Notes under the pieces: model-generated | The model's input: only the letters and a program-made list of their open reading frames with translations | What the model was told of the DNA's origin: nothing | Databases searched by the model: none | In this document: piece after piece, positions 56,872 to 64,000 of the stretch | Layout: each line of letters opens with the position of its first letter | Numbering within the stretch: the stretch's first letter is position 1 | Made by a program: the position numbers and the translations under genes | Virus record (IMG/VR): IMGVR_UViG_3300035670_000009 | Span: 128,001 to 192,000 of that record | Direction: 5' to 3' (one strand) | DNA from: a virus | Lineage: Duplodnaviria > Caudoviricetes | Length of the DNA: 64,000 nucleotides

Positions 56872-57291
56872 TTAGAGCGGCTCAGGGCGCCACACGGCGG
56901 CAGGATCGACAGCGCCGAATTCAACCACGGGAAGAGTTTCCGTAACCGATTGCCGCGCCCTAAACGCGTCGAGCCACTCCAGATCGGCGCGGCCAACCAA
57001 CTCCGGCAGGTCGTCGATCCAAATGTCGACCAGCAACCCCCGAGCTTCGGCAGCCGCCCGCTTCGGACGGTGACTGGTGAAAACTAGCGCAGCCAAAAGC
57101 TGCAGTGTCGGCGCGCCGATCACGTCGGCGACCAAGGCGCGGTTCTCTGGCGTATCGTGCCGCGCCGTAACCAGGCACACAGCGTGGCCGCGACGACCGG
57201 CGAGCTGCACAAACAAGCGCCAGAACTCGATGTCCGATGTGAACGTGCAGTCAAAATCCAGCGCGATCGTCGTGTTGCGGCGCGGCGTCAT
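56872..57291 (-). CDS. small HAD-superfamily phosphatase
   Basis: IALDFDCTF, LVTAR, K, WIDD. Confidence 0.75.
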   Translation of the reverse strand: MTPRRNTTIALDFDCTFTSDIEFWRLFVQLAGRRGHAVCLVTARHDTPENRALVADVIGAPTLQLLAALVFTSHRPKRAAAEARGLLVDIWIDDLPELVGRADLEWLDAFRARQSVTETLPVVEFGAVDPAAVWRPEPL

Positions 57292-57557
57292 TAGTGCCAG
57301 TCACTCAGGTGTTTCACGGCGATGTAGGTGCCCGCAAACGCGCCGCAGGCAAGCGGAATCAAGTACCAGGGATTGTGAAGATAGCTCATCACGCCATACG
57401 CGCCCAGGCTGTAAAGCGCAGAGCTGATAAAACTAGCTGCGAGCACCTGTTTGCGGCTCACGCAGAGCACGTACAGCGCGTACAGAATGTCGAACACGAC
57501 GTAGACGACGAACACGATCGCCGCCATAAACCAGCTGAACTCGCCTGCCGCGTCCAT
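57291..57557 (-). CDS. small three-TM membrane protein
   Basis: 88 aa; ends LACGAFAGTYIAVK. Confidence 0.7.
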   Translation of the reverse strand: MDAAGEFSWFMAAIVFVVYVVFDILYALYVLCVSRKQVLAASFISSALYSLGAYGVMSYLHNPWYLIPLACGAFAGTYIAVKHLSDWH

Positions 57558-57573
57558 GGTATTACCCTGCCCC

Positions 57574-58554
57574 TTACGTTTTCGGCTCGTAATCGAGATG
57601 CGCCATGTAACGCTCGATCTGCCGGGCCACGTCGTCCACGGTGATTAACGACATGCAGTAGGCGATCCACTGCCCGTCTTCCATCGCGACCGGGATCTCG
57701 CAAAGACTCTTGTCTTTGCCGTCTTTATCGCCCAGCGTCACGACACGGCTTTTCCAGCACCCGCCCTGGCTGCAGCAGTTGAGCATGCCGCAGGTGTGCA
57801 GAAACTGGTGACTGGGGCCCTGCTCCCAATGCGCCGGTTCGCGCCCGCCCGCAATCGTAATGTTGGCGCGATAGGCCCGCTTGAAACGCGGATGCGCGGG
57901 AACAGCGTACGCCAGGTGCATGGGAAAGCTGACACCAGAGATTACGCCGAACGAGTTGTACACAAGCCGAATGAGCTGCCGCGCGTTTGTTTTCCCCACG
58001 AAGTTCAACACATTGGGCCCTGAAAGCACAGGATGACGGTGCTCTTTAGAGCCGACTTGCGCAAACCATAGGTTAGGAAACCGCTCAACCAGCTCTTGGT
58101 AGCGCTTGAAACTCCAGGCCTTGGCCGTGTAATCCAACTTGTGCCCGGCGTTGATCACCCAATATGGCACGTCACGTTTAAGAATCTCGTGAACGCCGGA
58201 ATACCACTGAGCCTCTTGCTCAGTGATTGGCAAGAAATCCTGAAACCGACTGGAGCGGATCGGAACGCCCAGCTTTCGGCTGAGATCTTCGCTGAACGAC
58301 TCGACAAAGCGAACCGGATGAGTGTTGCTGCGGTGGATACTGGGATACTCGACCCGAATCTTTTTCACTTCGGGGTCGTTCTTGTCGAGCGGCGTGATCA
58401 GCGAATTGCCGTAAAAGATATCTTTGACCGAGCAATCGACGTCGGTAAGAAATGCGCCGGGATGCGTCTCGTGAAGACTCGTAACAGCGTGCAACAGCAT
58501 CACCAAGTCGCCCGGACTTTGAAAATTCTGAAACACGACTTTAAGCGGCGCCAT
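57574..58554 (-). CDS. glycosyltransferase family 9 (ADP-heptose:LPS heptosyltransferase-like)
   Basis: About 326 aa from MAPLK; SPGDLVML, AKAWS, NFVGKTNARQL, SFPMHLAYA. Confidence 0.75.
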   Translation of the reverse strand: MAPLKVVFQNFQSPGDLVMLLHAVTSLHETHPGAFLTDVDCSVKDIFYGNSLITPLDKNDPEVKKIRVEYPSIHRSNTHPVRFVESFSEDLSRKLGVPIRSSRFQDFLPITEQEAQWYSGVHEILKRDVPYWVINAGHKLDYTAKAWSFKRYQELVERFPNLWFAQVGSKEHRHPVLSGPNVLNFVGKTNARQLIRLVYNSFGVISGVSFPMHLAYAVPAHPRFKRAYRANITIAGGREPAHWEQGPSHQFLHTCGMLNCCSQGGCWKSRVVTLGDKDGKDKSLCEIPVAMEDGQWIAYCMSLITVDDVARQIERYMAHLDYEPKT

Positions 58555-58567
58555 GGTACTCCTGCGT

Positions 58568-59962
58568 TCACGTGAGACTGAATTGGTGTTCGATCTTGTC
58601 GGCGTTGTAAATAAACGGCCCAGCAAGCACGCCGTCTGATCTTGGCAGCATGATTGTCGCTGTTTGCCCAAGATGCGTCTTTAAAATCATCCGCTCAGCA
58701 ATAACCGTCCAGAACGTCTCATTACTGCTCGCGGGCGCTAAACGGCCGCTTGGCGTCAGTTTAGTGTCCATCAAATGAGCGCCGTCGCCGCGAAGAAACC
58801 GCACTGTCGGCGCCTGTGTAAACGCCAAGAACTTCTTTTCGGTCAAGTAGTCCAGCCACGACGTCTGCACAATATTCATTTTCGGCGTCTGCGCCAGTGC
58901 CGCCAGAAGATGAGCCCTGATCGTTGGAACGTCGAGAAAATAATCCAGTTGCCAGTGCGCAATTGCCGCGTGCTCTTCCGCAGCGGAAAACATCGGCGCC
59001 GTATCTGCGCACATCCACGTCAGCGTGGCTTCCTCTGTGTAAGGCACAATCCCGTACCTGTGCTGATGCATCTTGCGCACGATCATTTCCGTCTCGTCGG
59101 TGTAGAACCGGTCGGCGGCGCCGATGCACATCGCCAACACGCCGGGCGCGACGGCGAACACGTGCGAGCTACCTGCGCCTGTCAGCAGGCGGCAGTTGTT
59201 GAATAGCGTCGTAAGAATTTGCAGTGCCATGAAATGCGTGCCGTGCTTCCGCACCAGATCGCGCTGCATTGTTTTGTCGAGACCCGCGAGCGGCGTGCCG
59301 GACTCTTGCAACACACGCAGGCGGGCATTGAATTTACCGAACTTCTCTTTGACCTCGCACCAAAACGCGTTGCGGGGCAGCTCGTGTTTAGCGTTGAGGG
59401 CGTGAAAAGTCTCGAGGCTCGACTCCCGCAGGAATATGCGGCAGTCGCTAAATTGCGCAATCACGTGCTCAGCAGAATAGTGGCCGTAAATCGCGCGCCA
59501 CGGCGATTTGTACCGGCGGCGCGCGTCTGGAATTTTGTCCGCTGCGATTGGCAGGGCGTCCCAGGGCAGGTCGTCGTGCTTATAGATATCTTTCCAACCG
59601 GCGAGCTGGTCAAACCCTTTAGTGCTCGTCGAAAACGTCGAGAACCAGCCGAACATGGCGTCCAGCGAGCCTTTTTGCAGAATCACCGCGTCTGAAAACA
59701 TGCCAAAAAACGGCAACTGGTTTTCGTGACCGATCGAAATCAGCTTGATCTTGTGCTCGCGGCAGAACAGCGCCAGCTTGAAAAGATGTACGTTCAGCCA
59801 CGCTTCGTGATGATGCGGCGCGACGATGATGGCGCTGTCGTACGCGCGTTCTGGATAGAGATCCAGATAAACGTGAGGCCGGTCATTCCCCGGTACGTCG
59901 TACGGCGTGAACGTAGCGTCGGGAATACTGACGATTTGTTGAATTGCAGTGACTGGTAACAT
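58568..59962 (-). CDS. hypothetical protein in the glycan cluster
   Basis: 464 aa; no motif recognised with confidence. Confidence 0.6.
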   Translation of the reverse strand: MLPVTAIQQIVSIPDATFTPYDVPGNDRPHVYLDLYPERAYDSAIIVAPHHHEAWLNVHLFKLALFCREHKIKLISIGHENQLPFFGMFSDAVILQKGSLDAMFGWFSTFSTSTKGFDQLAGWKDIYKHDDLPWDALPIAADKIPDARRRYKSPWRAIYGHYSAEHVIAQFSDCRIFLRESSLETFHALNAKHELPRNAFWCEVKEKFGKFNARLRVLQESGTPLAGLDKTMQRDLVRKHGTHFMALQILTTLFNNCRLLTGAGSSHVFAVAPGVLAMCIGAADRFYTDETEMIVRKMHQHRYGIVPYTEEATLTWMCADTAPMFSAAEEHAAIAHWQLDYFLDVPTIRAHLLAALAQTPKMNIVQTSWLDYLTEKKFLAFTQAPTVRFLRGDGAHLMDTKLTPSGRLAPASSNETFWTVIAERMILKTHLGQTATIMLPRSDGVLAGPFIYNADKIEHQFSLT

Positions 59963-59967
59963 GCACT

Positions 59968-60771
59968 TTAATCCACACTGACGTTGTGCCGCGCCACAAA
60001 TTCAAGAAACAGCGACCAATCGGGGTGCTCTGGATGAATAAAGTGAATGTGCGTAAAACGGCCGCCAAACAAACTGAAGTTCACGATGTTGGGCCACTGC
60101 GTCGTGAAATGACAATCGACCTGATGCACACGAACGAACCGCGCGGCAACGGCTAGGGCCTGGTCGCCGTAGCACCGCACCTGATCGTTGTGCGGCTGAC
60201 AAATGAAATTCAAAAACTTACGGCACTCTTCGTCTTCAACGATCATTTGCAAACAAGGCGAAGACAAAAAGCTGGACTCGCGTTCGTGGTGCAAAATTGC
60301 CTTGTCGCGTTGATTCGTGTGCAAAATGCGCGACGCGTGCGCAGAACGCGCAATACCGTTGAAGAACAACGGCTCGAGCCCGGCGCCATAATCGCCGCAA
60401 ATGTACAACGGGTGTTTCCAGTTGTAATCGGCATCCAATCGCGCCACCGTTCCGGCGACGTCATTGATCGAGTCGTCGTCGATCTTGTACCACCACCGCG
60501 CCGAAGCAGCCTGCGTTGGCGCAAGTTGCCGCACAAAGTCGTAGTTCTTGATTCCGCCAAACCGAAACGCTGACGAAACAAATTCCACCTCGAACGGCCA
60601 TGTGGCCGGAGCAAACTCGTTTGGCACCGGCTCGCTGCCGGACAAGAAGTACACCTTCATTGACACACCGGCCCTATTTAAAAGACCGTACTTGCGAAAC
60701 GCCGCAAGCCGCGCGTAATATTTTCCGTTGAACGAAACGGGCGCAAAATAAATAATATCGTACATGTGCAT
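59968..60771 (-). CDS. GT-A fold glycosyltransferase (GT31/fringe-like)
   Basis: WWYKIDDDS acidic motif; GDQAL. Confidence 0.55.
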   Translation of the reverse strand: MHMYDIIYFAPVSFNGKYYARLAAFRKYGLLNRAGVSMKVYFLSGSEPVPNEFAPATWPFEVEFVSSAFRFGGIKNYDFVRQLAPTQAASARWWYKIDDDSINDVAGTVARLDADYNWKHPLYICGDYGAGLEPLFFNGIARSAHASRILHTNQRDKAILHHERESSFLSSPCLQMIVEDEECRKFLNFICQPHNDQVRCYGDQALAVAARFVRVHQVDCHFTTQWPNIVNFSLFGGRFTHIHFIHPEHPDWSLFLEFVARHNVSVD

Positions 60772-60796
60772 CCCTTAAATCGACGGCGGACAACGC

Positions 60797-61570
60797 CTAT
60801 ATTTGCGGCGCAAGTTTTTCGTACTCTGCGAGTAGCGGCCCCGAATCCAGCAAAGCCCGTTGCGTGTGAAATGCAAAATGCGAACACAAAGCAGCTCCGC
60901 AAATCATCACAGGACCATACATGTGCGGCGCAATTTCAGTTAGCCAAAGCTCTTCGTCAGACACTGGGAGCTTTCCAGCAAATTGCTGAAACACATCGCC
61001 GCGCCAACTTATGGCATTAATGCTGATACGCTCACCAGGCGTAAGAAACCATCGATCAAATTTGTACCTGTCTCGGCCGCCCGATAAAAATTCGCGATGT
61101 ACTAGCTGGGCGAACTCTGGGTTTTGCCAACCAACCGGATCGAAGGAGTTGTACTTACACGGCGGCAAAATACCGAACCTAAAATGAAGATGCGAACAGA
61201 TCGCGTTGTTAATCACGTTTGCGGAGACAAGAAAAGCGCGATGCTCTCGTTCACGCGCTTGAAACATAATGTCCACAAAGTTGTCGTCGCACCACACAAT
61301 GTCGTCGTCCAACCGCAAATACAGCGCTGACGCATCGCAGCTATCAATCGGAAAGAAGGTATGAATATTTTGAATTCCCAACTCGGGCCGCGAATCTGGC
61401 GCAATAATAATCTTTGCCGGTAGCGACATGCAGTAAGCAATGTCGGCCGCGTCCGTGGTGTTAAGCCACAAGTGCCACTCATCAAATGAACTAGCTTGCG
61501 CTGCCAAATGCCGACTCAACAACCGCAAATAGCGCGCGCGACCGGCGGGCGTAACAATAATTCTGCGCAT
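60797..61570 (-). CDS. GT-A fold glycosyltransferase
   Basis: VTPAGRARYL; YLRLDDDIVW; SDEE. Confidence 0.55.
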   Translation of the reverse strand: MRRIIVTPAGRARYLRLLSRHLAAQASSFDEWHLWLNTTDAADIAYCMSLPAKIIIAPDSRPELGIQNIHTFFPIDSCDASALYLRLDDDIVWCDDNFVDIMFQAREREHRAFLVSANVINNAICSHLHFRFGILPPCKYNSFDPVGWQNPEFAQLVHREFLSGGRDRYKFDRWFLTPGERISINAISWRGDVFQQFAGKLPVSDEELWLTEIAPHMYGPVMICGAALCSHFAFHTQRALLDSGPLLAEYEKLAPQI

Positions 61571-61576
61571 TGTGTG

Positions 61577-62677
61577 TTACATCTTTATGTGTAAAAACTG
61601 TTTTGCGGTTGTCAGGGCGCTGCCAATGACCTGGTGCATGTCGTAATACCGGTACTCGGCCAGTCTACCGCCAAAAACGTATTTTGTCTCGGCTTTGGCT
61701 GCCTGCGCGTAGGCGGCGTAAATTCCGCGGTTGCGCGCGTCATCAATCGGGTAGTAGGGCACCGAATCCGGCCGCCACGTTTCGGGATACTCGCGCGTCA
61801 CGTAGGTGCAATCGCCGGACCCGCCGACAAAATGCCGGTGCTCGATACTGCGCGTAAACGCCACCGCTTCGTCGGTGTAGTTAATGATGGCGTTGCCTTG
61901 GTAGTCAGGCACGGCATAAAGCTCCGATTCAAACCGGAGCGTTCGGTACTCCAGCGCGCCGTGTTTGTATTCGTAAAACTGATCTAAGCAACCCGTAAAG
62001 ACCACGGTGCGGGCGCGGGCGTCCCAAACGTCGCGCTGCGCAAAGTAGTCGACGCCCAAAACAACGTCGGCGCCGGAAAGCATCTCCGTAATCATTGCCG
62101 TGTAACCCGCCGCTGGCACGCCTTGATAGGCGTCGTTGAAGTAGTTGTCGTCAAAGTTCAGCCGGATAGGCAACCGCCGCACAATGGCGGCCGGAAGGTC
62201 ACGCGGTTCGCGCCGCCACTGCTTCTTGGTATAGCCGTAAATGAACGTGCGGTAAATCTCCTCGCCTACCTGGGAGAGGATCCACTCTTCAAGATTGTCC
62301 GGTCGGGCAATTGGCACACGCACCTCGGCCAGCTTCTGGCGGGCCGCTTCAGGGGTCTGCACGCCCCAAAGCTGATACAGCGTAAAAAGATTGATTGGAA
62401 ACGAATAGAGCCGCCCGGCGTAGTGAACCTTGGGCCGGTTCACAAAAGTATTGAAGGTAGCGAACTGCCGCACGTAGTTCCAGATAGTTTCGCTGTTGGT
62501 GTGGAAAATGTGCGGGCCATAGACGTGCGCCTCAATACCGTGCCGCGACTCGGTGTAGCAATTACCCGCGATGTGCTCGCGCTTATCTATGACGAGCACC
62601 CGTTTGTTCGCATTGAGGCACTCGCGGGCAAAGGTTGCGCCAAACAGGCCGCCGCCCACGATTAGAACGTCGTACAT
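61577..62677 (-). CDS. glf: UDP-galactopyranose mutase
   Basis: GGGLFG FAD motif, HIAGNCY, YGPHIFHT, PYYP, GGRLAEYRYYDMHQVIGSAL. Confidence 0.95.
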   Translation of the reverse strand: MYDVLIVGGGLFGATFARECLNANKRVLVIDKREHIAGNCYTESRHGIEAHVYGPHIFHTNSETIWNYVRQFATFNTFVNRPKVHYAGRLYSFPINLFTLYQLWGVQTPEAARQKLAEVRVPIARPDNLEEWILSQVGEEIYRTFIYGYTKKQWRREPRDLPAAIVRRLPIRLNFDDNYFNDAYQGVPAAGYTAMITEMLSGADVVLGVDYFAQRDVWDARARTVVFTGCLDQFYEYKHGALEYRTLRFESELYAVPDYQGNAIINYTDEAVAFTRSIEHRHFVGGSGDCTYVTREYPETWRPDSVPYYPIDDARNRGIYAAYAQAAKAETKYVFGGRLAEYRYYDMHQVIGSALTTAKQFLHIKM

Positions 62678-62708
62678 TATTACAGCTTCACATATGTAGG
62701 CGTTTGAG

Positions 62709-63167
62709 CTACTTCAATGATTGCGCTGTTAACAACACGTGCCAAGCTTTTTCCCAAGGCACAAGCTGGCGGTAATAAAGCCAGTCTTTTGTGAAATCGA
62801 TCTCCGCAGCGGGCACAATAAAAATTGTGTTGTGCTTCATCGTGACGCAAATCATAACGTCGATCATAGACGTTGTGTACTGCTTGTCTCGATTCTCGGC
62901 GACGTTTTGCCCTGAAAAGCGTGCTCTTCGGCGACGCATGTTGAAACGAATTTGATGCAGCTGCGGGCGGTCAGCAAAACCCTCAAGCTCAGATTTGATT
63001 TGACAACGTTTCAACACCCCGTTTGCGTCAGTAATCAGATCGTATCCGACATCGACGGTTGGGTGCGCTGTTGCAATACCAACTTTGAAAAGCTCCATGG
63101 CCGCATAATGCGTTCCGGCCTGCCCAACCATCTGAGCAGTCCGTTTCGGCAATTCGAAGTCATCCAT
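62709..63167 (-). CDS. PD-(D/E)XK endonuclease (homing-endonuclease-like)
   Basis: About 152 aa from MDDFEL; P..YDLI...QIK and Y....IDVM; the longer ORF call overlaps the tRNA. Confidence 0.65.
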   Translation of the reverse strand: MDDFELPKRTAQMVGQAGTHYAAMELFKVGIATAHPTVDVGYDLITDANGVLKRCQIKSELEGFADRPQLHQIRFNMRRRRARFSGQNVAENRDKQYTTSMIDVMICVTMKHNTIFIVPAAEIDFTKDWLYYRQLVPWEKAWHVLLTAQSLK

Positions 63168-63221
63168 GACGCAAGCCCCAGCGAATGCGCCTGATCCGTC
63201 AAGCGCGGCGTAAGACAAAAG

Positions 63222-63293
63222 CTGCCCGACCAGGATTCGAACCTGGAACCTCACGATTAACAGTCGCGCGCACTACCGTTGTGCTATCGGGCA
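63222..63293 (-). tRNA. tRNA-Asn (GTT), CCA not encoded
   Basis: Full cloverleaf: acceptor TGCCCGA/TCGGGCA, D arm GCAC/GTGC, anticodon loop CT-GTT-AA, T arm CCAGG-TTCGAAT-CCTGG, discriminator G. Confidence 0.95.
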
Positions 63294-63980
63294 TCATGGG
63301 TCGTTTTCAGCGGGCCCGTCTGTTAATTCTTCAGGCGACAACTGCAGTCCCGTCCACAGATCGCGACCGCGAGCAAGGCGCGCGCGCAGCACTCGCGCGC
63401 GTTCACGGCGAATTTTCTCTTGCAGCGTCTGCAGGTTTTCGTGAGTTTCCGCAGCTGCGAGCTGCAGCGCGCGCTCGCGTTTTTTGAGGCGCTCTAAACG
63501 GATCACCTCCGCGTACGGCATTTTGAGCCCAAGGCGTGTTAGGTAAGACACGATCGAGCGCTTATTTAACGCGTGCTCGGGACACTGCTCGTTCCAAATT
63601 TCAGTCAATTCCCGGGGCGTGCGATTGGCAAAGTGCGCGCGCAGAAAAGACTTCAGCAAATCGCGCGTTTCGACGCTGAGCCGTTTGATGGGCATACGTT
63701 TCGACAGCCCCATGCGCCTGAGCTGCTTCTGAATTGACATCAAACTTCTAGGCAGAAGCGCCCGCCGCGCAATGAGCAGCGCAGAGAAACCCTGAGCAAA
63801 CAACTCGGCGAGTTTCTGTTTTTCTTCCTCGGCCCATCGAGAACGCAACGCACGCGGTTGGCGCAATGCAAGTTTTGTTCTGGCGTTTTGAATACTTCGC
63901 CGTGTGCGCCCTGGAATAATACCAGTGCGTCGGAGCGTTTCTAATTCGGCGGCAGTGTAGTGGCCCTTCATTAGACGCAA
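63294..63980 (-). CDS. basic protein with Myb/HTH-like repeats, putative DNA-binding
   Basis: YTAAELETLRR, WAEEEKQKLAEL, TPRELTEIWN; Arg-rich. Confidence 0.5.
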   Translation of the reverse strand: MRLMKGHYTAAELETLRRTGIIPGRTRRSIQNARTKLALRQPRALRSRWAEEEKQKLAELFAQGFSALLIARRALLPRSLMSIQKQLRRMGLSKRMPIKRLSVETRDLLKSFLRAHFANRTPRELTEIWNEQCPEHALNKRSIVSYLTRLGLKMPYAEVIRLERLKKRERALQLAAAETHENLQTLQEKIRRERARVLRARLARGRDLWTGLQLSPEELTDGPAENDP

Positions 63981-64000
63981 GTTAAAAAAGGCGGGCTGGG

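Larger units (their letters stand above)
1877..59593. repeat. dispersed 12-bp palindrome AWAGATATCTWT: 12 exact copies and 1 single-mismatch copy
   Basis: Exact copies start at 1877, 2487, 12567, 21953, 22967, 32052, 33464, 40323, 48169, 50988, 58414, 59582; near copy AAAGATATCTAC at 5809 (manual scan). Confidence 0.9.

Noticed and set aside
1877-59593. Palindrome explained as a restriction or methylation site (core GATATC)
   Set aside because: The flanking six positions are also constrained, which is longer than typical MTase sites, and phages usually deplete restriction sites; not fully excluded.
63168-63254. N-terminal extension of the 62709..63254 ORF
   Set aside because: It overlaps a perfect tRNA cloverleaf; the ATG at 63167 is more plausible.
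63222-63293. tRNA as an attP/att site or prophage boundary
   Set aside because: No integrase, duplicated tRNA end or host genes in the window.
1-64000. CRISPR array, diversity-generating retroelement, IS element or stop-codon reassignment
   Set aside because: No repeat-spacer array, reverse transcriptase or transposase was seen; genes are full length under code 11 and use all three stops.

Overview
A 64-kb segment of a large tailed dsDNA phage with a contractile (myovirus-type) tail. All credible genes lie on the minus strand, densely packed, with many 1-4 nt overlaps. In transcription order (right to left): an accessory block (tRNA-Asn, PD-(D/E)XK nuclease, glf and several glycosyltransferases, HAD enzymes); a holin/PAS/2H-phosphoesterase/protease block; a head module containing a two-chain multisubunit RNA polymerase (beta fused to the N-half of beta-prime, plus a separate beta-prime C-half), a prohead protease, scaffold and major capsid protein; then neck, sheath, tube, spike, chaperones, tape measure and baseplate, with a sigma-70-family gene inside the baseplate operon. 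No terminase, portal, replication genes, integrase or host genes were recognised. Main observations: (1) a 12-bp palindrome AWAGATATCTWT occurs 12 times exactly, in all three reading frames and once between genes, in clusters roughly 8-10 kb apart; (2) the RNAP has lost both beta-prime zinc sites; (3) a K-x-A motif recurs across head-module proteins and may be the maturation-protease site; (4) a 2H phosphoesterase may be packaged in the virion; (5) ribosome-binding sites of the form CAYGGAGG resemble CsrA sites, and there is a structured ~390-nt intergenic RNA candidate. All calls come from manual motif recognition; no database searches were run. The Planctomycetota host suggestion is weak inference.
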